Notes: generated from the sequence alone by a model not told the origin. A DNA stretch of 64,000 nt from Octopus vulgaris (GCA_951406725.2 OX597834.1:10974001-11038000); one strand, 5' to 3'; shown: positions 43,015 to 57,570, counted from the stretch's first letter. Program-made: numbers and translations.

Positions 43015-43668
43015 TGAAATACCTTGGCGCCATCATTAAAGCTACAGATCAAGGTGGGGCTGACATTAAAACACGAATCGACCTCGCTCGCCAAGCCTTC
43101 AACCGACTCAGTGCACGACTCTGGTCAATATCTGAGATCCGAGGCATCACCAAAGTACGGGTCTACCAAGCACTAGTGCGAACGATTCTCCTTTACTGCA
43201 GCGAGTCATGGCCGACGAGGGTGGAAGATATTAAGCGACTAGAATCTTTCGATCACCTCTGTCTACGCCGCATCCTTCGTGTCCGATGGCATCACTTTGC
43301 CTCCAACAATTCGGTGCAGCACTAGTGCAAAATCACCTCCCTCCGACAAGTCATCCTAACGAGACATCTGCGTTGGCAGGGTCATGCCCTCCGTCGTCAA
43401 CCAGGAGAATTCATCTACGAATCAATTGCCCCAGCTACCCTTCAGGGTTGGCGAAAGCGATGTGATGGACAGCGAAAAACCTGGCTGACGACAGTCAAGG
43501 CTGATCTGGAACCCAACCTAGGCCCCCATGTCTACGGCGTTCGCCGCTAGAATAAGGAGTGGTTGGAGATCACCCCATCGTTAGCCTCAAATCGCCAGGC
43601 CTGGTCGGCGTTTGTGAGAAATGTAGCATTGAGGATGAACGCAGCCAGCTCAACCCACCCCGGGTGAA
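43015..43668 (+). mobile_element. 3' fragment of an RTE-clade LINE
   Basis: KYLGAII..DIKTRIDLARQAF..TKVRVYQALVRTILLYCSESW..FDHLCLRRILRVRW..LRWQGHALRR..RKTW; in-frame stops. Confidence 0.92.
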
Positions 43669-43839
43669 TACTGTAAGAAGATGAAAGGCAATTTAAACAG
43701 AGAGCGGAAAGCCAGAAGAAATACTGCTATTTCATCCGGCATGCTCTCTTCAGCCAACAACAACAACAACAACAGCACCACCAACAACAAAAACAACAAC
43801 AACAACAACAAAAATAATAATAATAACAATAATAATGAC

Positions 43840-44121
43840 AAATGCCCTGATGCAGTACCAGACAGTGGTACTCAAGGCTTTTGAACTTAACTGATTGGAA
43901 GTGTTATCTTGTACTTTGATATCCCGCTCAATAGGTTCCTTATAAGGGTTGTTTAAGGATGTTGAACAAAACACCCATGTTTTCAGAGGTGAATTATCTA
44001 AACTTCAACGAATACCTCACAATACATGGCTATGATGCTCCCCTAATACATGGTGGTTATATGGCGCTTCGTATGTTTGCACCTCAGTGTCACTTTCATA
44101 GACTGCGCTGTTCTCTCACTC
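43840..44121. mobile_element. (AAT)n-anchored element copy with an internal inversion
   Basis: Family termini intact; 43920-44043 is the reverse complement of 44375-44498. Confidence 0.75.
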
Positions 44122-44180
<59 letters not shown>

Positions 44181-44207
44181 TAATAATGATAATAATAATA
44201 ATAATAT

Positions 44208-44707
44208 GGAAGTGTTATCATGTACATTGTTTTGTCTTGATGTGAAAGGTGGGCTACAGCAAATATTCTGCTCAATACCACAGATTTGCTTGTCAGTTGT
44301 TTGACCCTAACCAGTTGAGCACGTCCCTTACTGACTGGCGATATGTGCATCTCTGATCATGAGCAGAAGTAGTGGGGGAGCATCATAGCCATATGTTGAG
44401 AGGGATTCTTTGGGGTTTGAAAATTCACCTCTGGAAACAAGGGTGTTTTGTTCAACATCGTTAAACGACCCTATTCGGGGACCTTTTGAGCAGGCTGGGT
44501 TACTCGTCCGGAAGAAAATTATAACTGGGCCCCACCTGCAATGTCATGTGCTGTTTATCTTGATATGAGATCACCATGTCGTACACACATGGTTGTGATG
44601 CATGTGCCTAGTGTACCCTTATCTGACGGGTAGTCATGATGGGTATACTGGGCTTCATATATTTTACCCAAGTGTCACTTTGATGACATGCTCTCCTTTC
44701 TCAACTC
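44208..44707. mobile_element. (AAT)n-anchored non-coding element (~500 bp)
   Basis: Collinear with 55690-56128; begins at an (AAT)n tract. Confidence 0.8.
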
Positions 44708-44875
44708 AGATTCTTTATATGAGTTCGTGTTTTGAAGCCTGTTGTGTCTGGGGAGAGTCATCTTCTTTTTGTGTCGTATAATGTAAGACACTCACCGGTA
44801 AAATTTCCACTTATTTCTTATTTTTATGTTCCTAAAATTTTCGTTGCGTCTTGCAAACTTTTCAATAGTCTTGAC
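44708..44875. mobile_element. Fragment of the 59.8-kb hairpin element family
   Basis: CACCGGTAAAATTTCCACTTATTTCTTATTTTTA shared with 59913-59947. Confidence 0.8.
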
Positions 44876-45130
44876 TCTGTCCGTTATCTACACTGCGTTC
44901 CCTTTTGTTTGTTTGTGCGCATGTGTGTAGATCAGTGTGAGTATGTGTATGTGTGTGTGTGCCTATACATGCATGCATGTACTTATGTATGTATGTGTGT
45001 GCTTGCATGTGTATGTATGTATATATGTGTGTCTAATGTTAATATGCTGGGCAAAAAATGCTTAGCAGCATTTCGTCCAAATTTGTTCTGCATATATGTA
45101 TATATGTATGTATGTATGTATGTATGTTAT

Positions 45131-45540
45131 GTCAGATCCCTTTCGAGTGCTACTGGTAACATGTAACCCAGTACAAACAGTTGAATGGCCGAGTCGTCGG
45201 CGACTAAACCGGTAACCACCCCAAGCTTGCTAGGTGAGGAGGGTGTTTATTGGACACCCTGCGGGATGAAAAACAAAACCCGTCAAAGGGCAGATGAACT
45301 CTTGACAGTCAATGGCCATCCAATAAATGTCTTAAGGCTGTGTCATGCGCGGGGACATAGAAATAATGGGACTGAATACCCGATCATGCGGTTAAACCAT
45401 TGGGAGTGAAGGACTCCTAGCCTTTGTTAGGGCATCCTTCTAGGAGAAGGTAACTCAGGTAACTGGGATAACTCTGACATAAAACCTGCGGCTCAGTGGT
45501 TACCGATGATGTTGACTTGTTCTTCTTTTTGGATTATGGC
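45131..45540 (+). mobile_element. Probable RTE-type LINE 5' UTR or derived non-autonomous element
   Basis: GC-richer, several hairpins, and a GGGCATCCTTCTAGGAGAAGGTAACTC motif resembling RTE 5' regions. Confidence 0.45.
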
Positions 45541-46884
45541 TGCTGTTGCTTAGTGAGTGGGATTGACTCAGTGCACAGCCTTTCCTCACTTTAAAAAAAT
45601 CTTCTTGCACAGGCATTGCACGATAACAACATTGATTAAGCTTCAATATGGCCATACTCGATAAAAAGGGGGAAGCCACCGTATATGTATGTATGCGCAT
45701 CTATATGTATGTATCCTGCGTATTTATTTATTGTATTTACAAGAAAGCAATTCAAAGTTCCGCTCTGCGGGATTTGAACCCCAAATGTAAACACATTGTG
45801 TAGCACTCTATGCAGTATTCTATTGATTCTGCCAATACCACAACGCTTCAGAATGGACAATGCAGCACATGTTACAGACATAAGGCTACGCTGTTGTATC
45901 TCTCGGAAAAAAAACTGTTGAATACATAATTAAATAATAATAAATGCAAAAGAAGTAGGAAAAACATGATCAAAACGGGGAAGATTATATGAAAGAAGAG
46001 GAGTATTCTGATGTGATTTTTTATCAATTTTGTGGAAAATGTCAGCAACCTAAAAAACACTGGCTGAAAAATGTAATTATGATTTCACCTTTGGTCATGA
46101 ACCACATTATTATTAGTGTAGAAGAAAAAAATCGAATATTGCATTCATGCTTTGTTTCAGAGCAGAGTTATTCATATTCAACTGCAAAAAAAAAAATCAT
46201 CAAATTGAACAATTTATAAAAGAAAACAGAATCAAAACAGAATTCAACAACTTCGATATGAAACATGACTAACACAATAACACTCCTTGAAAATCGTAAA
46301 TCTAAATAAAGCCATGATTGTTGTTTTTTTTTCTTGTTCTGTTTTGTTTTGTTTTTGGTTGTTGTTTTTTTTTTTTCCCCCTGTTGAAAGCGATAGATAT
46401 AATCGATTAATCGACACCACACAGAGAAAAAAAAAACGTCACATTCCGTAATTCTGAAACTCGATCGAAACTGTAAGTGGTCGTAATTACGGAATTACGT
46501 CCGATCCTTGTTGTTCCCTTTCTGCTACTTCAATATAATTAAAAAAAAAAAACGAGCAGTTTAGTTTAGATAAGTGGACTTGAGAAGCAATCACCTCCTA
46601 TGGAATACTATTTTCTAGAGACAGAGATAACAGTATTTGGATACGTTGATACAAGAGACAACAAACTGACTGCAAATACACGTGTAGGAATTTAATAAAA
46701 TATTGCAGAATAAACGTACACTGTAGCTTGCAAGAGGTAAATAGAATAATAAGCGCAATTGAAATGCGTGCATTTAAGAAGCAGGAACTTAAAATGCGAC
46801 AGGTAAAAGTCCAACCGGCTGACTGGCGGGAACTGTATTTTAACTCATCCCAATGAAGATGCTATATACATATATACATATTGT

Positions 46885-47298
46885 AAGGCGGCGAGCTGGC
46901 ATACACGTTAGCGCGCCGGGGATGCTTAGCGGTATTTCGTCTGTCGTTACGTTTTGAGTTCAAATTCCGTCAAGGTCGACTTTGCCTTTCATCCTTTCGG
47001 GGTCGAGAAATAAAGCACCAGTTTCGCACTGGGGTCGATGTAATCGACTTAATTCCTTTGTCTGTCCTTGTTTGTCCCCTCTATGTTTAGCCCCTTGTCG
47101 GTAATAAAGAAATAGGCATTTCGTCTGTCATTACGTTCTGATTTCAAATTCCGCTGAGGTCGACTTTGCCTCTCATCCTTTCGGGGTCGATAAAGTACCA
47201 GTTTCGCACTGGGGTCGATGTAATCGACTTAATCCCTTTGTCAGTCCTTCTTTGTCCCGTCTGTGTTTAGCCCCTTGTGGGCAATACAGACATAAGAA
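46885..47298 (+). mobile_element. SINE family B dimer within one TSD
   Basis: Headed unit, then GAAATAG|GCATTTC junction, then head-less unit; ACATATATACATATTGT / ACATATATGCATATCGT flanks. Confidence 0.88.
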
Positions 47299-48304
47299 AC
47301 ATATATGCATATCGTCTTCTTCCCTTGCTCTCCATTTTTTTTGCGTATCTTTATCAAGAATCGTTTAATGCCGTTTCTACAGCGTCAAGATTGGTTGCTC
47401 CATAAGAAGTAGCGCAGAACTAGTGTCGCGTTCATTCTTACATTCTGGAGTCATTCACCTACTTCTATCCACATTGATATTGTGGCCAAAGACATACATG
47501 CCACATCGTGGATCTATTCCAGCTGCTTTATAAAGCAATTTATCGTTCGATCAGCCATCTCCTGGAATTGCTTTCCTGTCCTTCTTTTGCCTGAACGACT
47601 CAACTTGTAAACTATTGACCTTCAAACTGTCAACGAAAAGGAGTTCAATATTGAATGACGGACGAAGAATAAAGAAAAGACTTGCATTGTTACAAGTCGT
47701 ATGTGATCGCACTGCTCACTTCTTGCTCGAGTGTGTTGTAATGTTTTTTTTTTTGTAGTTGACCAATGATTTCAGAGTAAAATGTGATAGAAACTATGCG
47801 AAAGCAGCCATTTATATACCAGATAAGGGATCAGGGAAAGTATAAAAATGATTGTTACTTAATAAAAAGAAAAAAAGATGTCTCAAAAATATACCGACAA
47901 ATACTTATAAATATATATATATATATATATATGAATATAAACAAAGGGTAATAATATGGATTACTACCCAACACAAAAGACGAATTAGTCATTAGACAAA
48001 ATATTATTCATATAGAAATATAATTAAGGGCTCCTAAATAAGGATGCCAAGTGCTAGGGGCACAAAAAAAGGATAGATTTATCGAGAGTGAAAATCAAAA
48101 ACATTTACCATTAACGATACATCTCGGACTTATCAGTTTCTACCTCTATATATTTATATATATATATATATACATATGTATATATATATATATATATATA
48201 CATGCATTCATATATACATACATACATACAAAAGACTTTCTCACTTTTCTAAGCGTCAAACTATTACACCTGCTTATTGTCTTCATCTTTTTTTTCCTAA
48301 AGTG

Positions 48305-48600
48305 TGGCAACTTGGGCAAGTATCTTCTACTGTGGCCTCAGGGCGGCCAAAGCCTTGTGAGTGGACTTGGTAGACGGAAAATTAAAGAAGCCCGTCGTAT
48401 ATATATATGTATATGTATATATCTGCGTGTCTGTGTCCTTTTGTTTGTGTCTGTTACTCATCTACCCCTTGACAACCAATGTTGGTTTCGTTGCGTCCCC
48501 ATAACATTGCAGTTCGTCAGTATAGATCCGATAAAATAAGTACGAGACTTAGAAAAAAATCAGTACAAAGATCGATTAATTTGGCCAAAACTTCAATGGG
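48305..48600 (+). mobile_element. Diverged SINE family A
   Basis: CTTGGGCAAGTATCTTCT core and downstream body. Confidence 0.75.
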
Positions 48601-48605
48601 GTGCA

Positions 48606-48733
48606 AAATTTTGAATATCTCTTTATTAATGCTTTCGTTCGTTTAACCATCTTGCTTTTATCCTGAAGAATTCGGTTAAACGTACAAAAGCGCTAATAAA
48701 GAATTATCCATAATTCTGAATGCCTCATTTTCC

Positions 48734-48735
<2 letters not shown>
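48606..48735 (+). mobile_element. Penelope-like terminus (family P3) with short inverted duplication and a decayed hammerhead-like motif
   Basis: TCTTTATTAATGCTTTCGTTCGTTTAACC vs GGTTAAACGTACAAAAGCGCTAATAAAGA; CTGAAGA...AAACGTA; AATAAA; ends at (TA)n. Confidence 0.55.
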
Positions 48736-48784
<49 letters not shown>

Positions 48785-49013
48785 GTATCTGAGAGACACC
48801 ACCATGCCGAAATAGCAGTCAAACCCTGACTCTAAAAACCACCTAAAATGTTCATATCGCACCATGAGATAAGACAGAATAAGCTAGCAAAAAAAGTATT
48901 ACTGGATAATTCAAGATCCTGGATTTCTAGCGTTGCTCCAAATAAGCTCAGCTTTCGTCAGTTGAATATACCACATTGGCACAATATTGATATTTAAATA
49001 TCGATATTATCCT

Positions 49014-49064
<51 letters not shown>

Positions 49065-49529
49065 CCATCAATCGAAGGTGACATTTTGCTTGCCTCAAAC
49101 ATTCGCTAACCATGCGTTTTTCGTTAATTGTGTATTTGTGATTGGACAAGGAAACACACTAGGTACCGTACCACTGGTCCTCTAGAACAAGTAGGATTTG
49201 AAAGCTGGAATAAAAGTAAGTAGTTTCCAACATAAGTGGCTTGTCTTCCTTTCAAGTGTTTGGAGTCGAACTTTATATAGTAAAGAGCTTGATTCAAGTG
49301 CCTAATACTCTGTCTATTAATCATGCAAACCTTCAGGTTACGTGCATTCTATCTGTGTGCGTATGAACCTCTGTTTACGCGTTTGTATGAAACTGCACCC
49401 ATTGAATCGTCAAGTACGTTATAGCAATATGTTAACAATGAGTTTTTTCGATACATATCGCTGAGAAAATTACTCAGAATTAAATGGATGCCCTTCTCGA
49501 TATGACTGATAAAAATATTGGACAATCTA

Positions 49530-49925
49530 CGCGCAGGAGTGGCTGTGTGGTAAGTAGCTTGCTTACCAATCACTTGGTTCTGGGTTCAGCCCTACTACGT
49601 GGCACCTTGGGCAAGTGCTTCTACTATAGCCTCGGGCCGACCAAAGCCTTGTCAGTGGATTTCGTAGACGGAAACTGAAAGAAGCTCGTCGTAAATATGT
49701 ATGTATATATATATGTGTGTGTGTGTCTGTGCTGTGTTTGTCCCCCCAACATCGCTTGACAACCGATTCTGGTGTGTTTACGTCCCCGTAACCTAGCGGT
49801 TCGGCAAAAGAGACCGATAGAATACGTACTAGGCTTACAAAGAATAAGTCCTGGGGTCGATTTGCTCGACTAAAGGCGGTGCTCCAGCATGGCTGCAACC
49901 AAATGACGGAAACAAGTAAAAGAAT
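49530..49925 (+). mobile_element. SINE family A, full length
   Basis: Family consensus. Confidence 0.92.
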
Positions 49926-50273
49926 CAATGATTGGATACACTACTATATTTCTTGAGATATGGTAAACTATTATATTTCTTGAGATATGATACTTACGAG
50001 ATATTCATTATTTATTGATCATGAAAATGAAAAATTTTGCGAGATATAAAATACAGAATCCAAGCATCGCTTCCTTTATAAGATGTTCGCTTTGGGAAAC
50101 TGTGACTCGTTTATAGCGCAGACTTTATAGAGATCTGGCATTTATGATCCATTATACTCGGAACTGATTTTAGGTTCCAAATAACAGATTTCCTTCATTG
50201 GCTTGCTTCGGTATATGTACACACGTGACTTTGTTTACAATTCTGAAAATAACAGAAACCCTTTTCTCCCACT

Positions 50274-50370
50274 CCTAAACCTAACCCTAATCGTAACCTC
50301 AACCCTAACACAAACCCTAACCCTAACACAAACCCTAACACTAACCCTAACCCTAACCCTACACCTAACA
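50274..50370 (-). repeat. Degenerate interstitial telomeric (TTAGGG)n
   Basis: CCCTAA units with variants. Confidence 0.85.
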
Positions 50371-50431
50371 CCCCATATATAGAAAAAACACTTTTTTGAA
50401 ATGTATCCGGTGCTTACACCGGTACGTATAC

Positions 50432-50665
50432 CTATTTCTTTACTACCCACAAGGGGCTAAACATAGAGGGGACAAACAAGGACAGACATAGGTATTAAGT
50501 CGATTACATCGACCCCAGTGCGTAACTGGTACTTAATTTATCGACCCCGAAAGAATGAAAGGTAAAGTCGACCTCGGCGGAATTTGAACTCACAACGTAA
50601 CGGCAGATGAAATACCGCTAAACATTTCGCCTGGCCTGCTAACGTTTCTGCCAGCTCGCCGCCTT
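50432..50665 (-). mobile_element. SINE family B monomer with 16-bp TSD
   Basis: ACACCGGTACGTATAC / ACACCGGTACATATAC. Confidence 0.92.
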
Positions 50666-51800
50666 ACACCGGTACATATACCAAAGGTTCGCCCCTTTAT
50701 TTAACGTGGTTCGGGTCACGATTCGATCTTACAGCACGACACTCTGAAGGGTTTAGAATACTCATCCAATTTATATTATAATATATTCAAACTAGCGACA
50801 AAAAATAGGTTTCAGGGAAAATATAATAGATAGTATGATAACAGACCGAATGGCAGAGCATAGAGGAGAATTAGAATTTCGCAGATAGTTTTTTTATGGA
50901 AATACGCAGGGACATGTTTATATATGTACCTATATATTTGTATATATATGTTTATATATAAAGCAAATAATGGGTTGCTGAATTTGGCCCTATTGATGCG
51001 CACATATTTAAAGCAATATGATGTAGATTATATGATTTAATTATATTGTGAGCTATGCTATGTAAGGTCGTGCAAATAAAGTTAGATCTAGCAGACAGGA
51101 ATATTTATACATATTTTATGGTAAATGGTGGTAAACGAAAGCAAAAATATATAAAAATCGCACGATTATACAACGCATACGTACATAGACGCAAAATAGG
51201 CATACATACATAAATGCACAAACACATTTATATATATACACATAAACAAACACACACACACATATATGTGTCTGTGTATGCCAACAAAATAATGTGCGTA
51301 AAGTTCATATTTATTAATAAGCCATAATCGGGTGCGTTGTCATAGGCGACATATTCTTCAAATAACTTATGTCCTCACAGACAAGCAGAGAACTACGCAA
51401 ACTCTCACTCGCTCAGATATAGAGCTAGGCCCACTCACAGAACGTGTTTGTGTTTGTGAATGTATATGTGACGAATATAACAACACAGTTTATAATTCCT
51501 AATTAATTAATGCGACCCAGACTTGTCACATTTTATTCAGTGTGATATACATAGGTATATTGAATGTCTAAGTATGCGTGTCAGTGTCAATATGAATGTA
51601 TGTGTGTGTGTGTGTGTGCGTGTGTGTGTGTGTGTGTGTTTCTCTGTGCGTATGTGTGTGTGTGTCTATATTCACAGCTAGTTATTAGTGAAAAACTTCT
51701 CTGAATCTAGATTATGAAAATTGCATTACTAACAAAAGAGAGAGACAGAGAAAGAGAGAGAGAGAGAGCAATACATATATGTGTATCTATCTATCTATAC

Positions 51801-51843
<43 letters not shown>

Positions 51844-51913
51844 CACATATATGTGAGTGTACGTACACATGTGTATAAGTATATATATAATATATTAACA
51901 CACATATGTATAC

Positions 51914-52010
<97 letters not shown>

Positions 52011-52016
52011 TACATA

Positions 52017-52056
<40 letters not shown>

Positions 52057-52090
52057 CATGCATACATACATACATACATACATACATACA

Positions 52091-52121
<31 letters not shown>

Positions 52122-52903
52122 CCATATATGTATGTAATTACGAATGTATGTATGTAAGTATATTCACACGTGCTTGCATGCCTTGTTTTCGGAATTCATT
52201 TTTTGTTTCGTAGCAATATTTCCGGGAACAAGAATTTTCGTTGCGGAAAGGAAATTACACTAACTTTTTTCCTTATCTTTTATTTATTAATGAAAAAGAA
52301 ATTTACGCAAAAAAAAAGGTGCTACTTCTTTCGTCTAATTTCACAATAATATTTTCTGTAGCTTTGCAGCAACTGAGCGACAATTCGTATAATTGGCTTA
52401 TAGGCTGCTGATTCGTATCAAACCAGCTGATGCAACCAACTTCGCTGATTCAGAAGTTAAGAATACAAACATTTACCATACATATATAACGCTAATTGCT
52501 GCAAGAAGTTTGTTTATTCTATTCATAATGATATATTCCTTGGTTTAGAATGTGTAACTTCGAAATGTACTGATTAGAAATGAAAAGAAGTGAAATAGCA
52601 ATATGGCATAGGTTGAGCCGTTTTGATGTGCAAGTTTAGACATTATTTTAAGAGGTTCAATTCGTACTCACGTGTTTCAGGATTTCAAATTACGGATCGA
52701 ATTGAGGCCACATATCTTTGTAGAATTCGGTAGACGAGCAGGGTAGTGAGGTGTGATATGTTCATACAAACACACACACACATATATATATATACACATG
52801 CATAAATATATGTATGTATATGTATATATATGTATATATATATATATTTATATATATAAATATAAATATATATATATATATGTAGATATATATATATTTA
52901 TAT

Positions 52904-52943
<40 letters not shown>

Positions 52944-52944
52944 T

Positions 52945-52976
<32 letters not shown>

Positions 52977-52980
52977 CTTA

Positions 52981-53320
52981 CGTGGCTGTGTTGTAAGAAG
53001 TTTGTTTTCCAACCACATGGTTCTGGGTTCAGTCCCACTGCGTGACACCTTGGGCAAGTGTCTATTACTATAGCTTCCGGCCGACCAAAACATTGTCAGT
53101 GGTAGACGGAAACTGAAATAAGCGTGTGTGTGTGTGTGTATGTGTGTGTGTGTGTATGTGTGTGTTTCTGTGTGTCTGTGTTTGTCCCCTTCACCACCAT
53201 CGCTTGACAACCGATGCTGGTGTTTTTACGTCCCCGTAACTTAGCGGTTCAGCAATTCAACTAAAGGTAGGGCTCCAGCATGACCGCAGTCAAATAACTG
53301 AGGCAAGTAAAAGAATAAAA
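52981..53320 (+). mobile_element. SINE family A with internal deletion
   Basis: Family consensus. Confidence 0.85.
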
Positions 53321-53829
53321 AAGTATTCACATATATGTGTGTGTTTGTGTGACTGTGTATGACATAGATGTGTGAGCCTTTATACACACATACACACACA
53401 TATATAAAGTAATTATTTGAACTCTTGAGTATGCCGTTTAGGCTAACTAATGTCACCGACAGTTTCCATATAATTATCATTGGATCTACAACAGATATTC
53501 CACAACGTTCGTGTAGTTTATAATGAATGAAGGTAACGGAATCGGATGTAGCGAGAAACGTTATCCAACACAATTTTGCATATGCCCCTTGTATTGTAGG
53601 GCTGTTGTACAGTAAGCTGTGGTGCATCGCTTTTTGCAGGCTGTGTTACGTCGGGTGACGCATTTCAATAAGTTACTTCACTCCATAGAGTGTATTTCTC
53701 TGATTATAGTCGCTTGTAGTTATACACAAATAGCTGTACAATATCTCAACGGTCAAAATCTATTTTCTATTCCCCATATTCAATATATATATATATATAT
53801 AAATATATAAATATATGACCACGTGTATA

Positions 53830-54013
53830 TAGTTGGTGGTTTTTTCCTCCGTCTTCCCTTCCTTGGATATTTCCTTTTCCTATGTTTCTGACGAAGAACT
53901 CCGCTCGAAACATTAAATCCTCATTCTTTCTTTCCTTTCCTGAGCCTACAACAACACTATACTTGTTCCACGCCCTCGAGTTGTGTTTTCTCTTTGTGTT
54001 TTCATGTTTGGAT

Positions 54014-54019
<6 letters not shown>
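53830..54019 (+). mobile_element. Penelope-like short unit P1, hammerhead motif at 53884-53918
   Basis: GTTT-CTGACGA-A-GAAC-TCC-GCTC-GAAACAT-T-AAAT; ends GGATTAAC|(TA)n. Confidence 0.72.
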
Positions 54020-54073
<54 letters not shown>

Positions 54074-54248
54074 ATTATAACAATGAGGGTCTTTGCAACA
54101 GGTTGCTAGACCACATACCGTGTTATAATTATATATCATTTTACCCAATATGGTCCTTTTCCATACCGAAAACTACTTGGTGAAATTTGTTGATTTTATT
54201 AAATTAATCATATTTCACCCTTTATCTGTATGTATATATATATATGTA

Positions 54249-54330
<82 letters not shown>

Positions 54331-54394
54331 CATTATCATGATGAACTGTTAATCACTGCACATGTTTTTCTCTGTCCGTTTTTATTTATTTATT

Positions 54395-54560
54395 TATCTT
54401 GCATTCTCTCTCCGATTTTTTTATTCTCAATATTTCTATTGAGGAGAGCAGGCTCGAAACGTCAAGGACATTTTTATTCTTCTCGAAAGTCAAAGTAATA
54501 CACTTGCTTGTTGTTCCTACACCTGTCTTCATCTTTTGTTTTCCGTAAATTTGAACTATA
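54395..54560 (+). mobile_element. Penelope-like short unit P2, variant hammerhead at 54433-54467
   Basis: CTATTGAGGA-GAGC-AG-GCTC-GAAACGT-C; ends TTGAAC|TATATA; homologous to 63040-63190. Confidence 0.6.
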
Positions 54561-55399
54561 TATACATACATACTTATATATATATATATATATATAAAGG
54601 TTAAAATTAATTAATTAATTAATAATAAATAATTTTAAGAAGTACTTCGGTATGTTAAAAGAACCATTATTGGTAAACCTATGCAAAAATTCTATAACTA
54701 CGAGTATAATTGAAGTGCCGCTGCAATAATTGTGTAAATCCTTCAGGAAATATGTTGAATAAAATCATAATTAACAGATCCACTTGTATTTTCTTTCAGC
54801 AAAAGCCAAGCATTTTTCGAGACCCCACGTGTGTATGTGTGTGTATGTGTGTGTATGTGTGTGTGTGTGTGTGTATCTTCTTTCATTACTTCTATTTGCT
54901 TTAGCCGTGCGGATGCGGCCATCCTGGAGCACTATATTAAACCGAGTTTCATGAATGTTTTTCTATGATATTCTTTTATTTGTAACACTTGAATGCTCGT
55001 ACGTTTTTCATTAGTTGTTAAATCCCTCGTCTGTTATTTATTACGTCTGTATAAAAACTATTTATCCAACGCACAAATATCTTTATGATCTTCTCTGCAG
55101 GTTTTATGTTTTGTTTATACGTACGAATGACTGATGTTATCGACATGTCCCTAGGAGACAATAAAGAGATTATTGTTACAGCGAGATACATTTAAATATC
55201 AAAATGATAAATTGCTCACAGGTTAGAGCATCGGGAAAAAATTATGTCCGATATATTACCGAGCTATAATTTCTGTTTTCAAATCCAACCAAAGATAATA
55301 TCGTTCATTAATGACTACGGTGTGAATAATAGATGTATTACTAAAATCTTGGTTTGATTTAATTTAGAAAACCCATCTAGAATTCGTGGTGATCACCCG

Positions 55400-55505
55400 T
55401 AAAGCGATGTCGACCTCGGCGGAATATGATCTTAGAACGAAAAGAAGGATAAAATACCGCTAGGCATTTCGCCCGGCATACTAGCGATTCTGCTATCTTA
55501 CCGCC
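55400..55505 (-). mobile_element. Diverged SINE B head fragment
   Basis: GTCGACCTCGGCGGAAT...CATTTCGCCCGGC. Confidence 0.7.
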
Positions 55506-55668
<163 letters not shown>

Positions 55669-55680
55669 CATAATAATAAT

Positions 55681-56130
55681 CAGGGGTTAATGTAAATATT
55701 CTGCTCAATAGCACAGATTTGCTTGTCAATTGCTTGACCTTAACCAGTTGAGCATGTGCCTTAGTGGCTGACGTTATGTGCGGAAGGCGCAGGGGAGCAT
55801 GATAGCCATGTGTTGAGAGGAATTCTTTGGGGTTTGAATAATTCTCTTTTGGAAGTATTGGTGTTTTATTTATCATCCTTAAAAAAGAAATTCTTATTCA
55901 GGGAAATTTTGTACGGGATGGGCTAATCGATGTAACGAAAATTCTAACTGGGCCCCACTTGCAACGTCATACGCTGGTTATATTTATATGAGATTACCAT
56001 ATCACGCATATATGGTTGTGATGCATGTGCCTGGTGTACACTTATCAGATGGGTAGTCATGATGTGTATACCGGGCTTTGTATATTTTATCCCAGTGTTA
56101 CTTTGATGGCATGCACTACTCTTTCATTCG
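55681..56130. mobile_element. (AAT)n-anchored element between long (AAT)n tracts
   Basis: Collinear with 44260-44707; (AAT)n at 55506-55680 and 56133-56226. Confidence 0.8.
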
Positions 56131-56132
56131 AA

Positions 56133-56255
<123 letters not shown>

Positions 56256-57149
56256 AAGAAGAAGAAGAAGAAGAAGAAGAAGAAGAAGAAGAAGAAGAAG
56301 AAGAAGAAGAAGAAGCAAACGGATTGACATAACTCTTCACGAAGGTAAATAGACAACACGAAGAGTGCGGTGCCATTGCAATAAATATTTTATCGGTTTG
56401 AGCGAAATTCTGGCAGCTTGCCTGTCTTTGGCGAGTTCAAAATGGAAAGTGATCCACAGAAATTAAAAATCCTATGAACGCAAATATTTCTGCATTCTCA
56501 CATTGACAGAATGACATTAACATTCTTTAATTACCAATTTTACAACTAGCTAAAAAGGGATGAGAAAAAAGCCAAAAAGAAACAGGATATTTGGACCAAT
56601 TATTTGGTGTAAATATGATGAGATCACCCTTTCACACAATTCATTTCTTCAGAGTATGATGTTAAGAACACACTACCACAATTATCCTCATGCATCTTGA
56701 GGACGTAAAATGTAGTAAATTAAAACGCAGTAAATTAGTAAAATAACTTTGTCGTTATTAACCTGGTGTTTGGAATACAGAGTAGCATGAAAGTTTGAAC
56801 AAAGTTTTTAAGTGATATCACCTTAATACTTTTGATACTATACTCCTGTGGAAATGGACAACCTTTATTTCAATTAAAATTTGAAAATAGTGAAGAATTT
56901 ATTAAAGGGACTTTATCATTGTTAAGCCAGAGTTTGGAACATAAATTAATATCAAATTTTAAAGGGAGATTGTTATTTAGATAAATTCAAAGCAGGAATT
57001 TGCACCACAGGACCAGGTCCAGTTTTAGGGTTAGGGCTTGTACCACACGGGTTAAAAAAGGAAATTTGGTGGATTCTTTCCCAGTATCGTTATGCATGTA
57101 CATATATATATATATATATATAAATTTCAATTTGTGACAACATGTATAT

Positions 57150-57337
57150 AGTTGGCGATTTTCTTTCTCCGTCTTCCATTCCTTGGACCATTGCTTTTTC
57201 TATGTCTCTGACGAAGAGCTCAGCTCGAAACATTAAATCCTCCTTTTTCTTTCCATTCTTGACCGTCCAATTACACTATACTTGTTCTACGTCCTCGCGT
57301 TGTTGTGTTTTCTCTTTGCTCATGTTTGGATTAACTA
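57150..57337 (+). mobile_element. Penelope-like short unit P1, hammerhead motif at 57204-57238
   Basis: CTGACGA-A-GAGC-TCA-GCTC-GAAACAT-T; ends GGATTAAC|(TA)n. Confidence 0.72.
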
Positions 57338-57530
57338 TATATATATATATATATATAATAATAATCAAGAAAATAGAGAAAAGGACAAGAAAAAAACAAC
57401 ACTTGAGGCCTTTTTTTATTTAGTTTCAGCTCACGAGCTGTGGTCATGCTGGGGCACCTCCATTCAAAGTGCATAATATTAATAAGACGCTCTCAGGAAA
57501 GGAAAGAAAGGGTGGTGACACATATGTCTA

Positions 57531-57570
<40 letters not shown>

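Noticed and set aside
50274-50370. Telomere or chromosome end
   Set aside because: Short, degenerate and internal; similar runs occur inside MITEs
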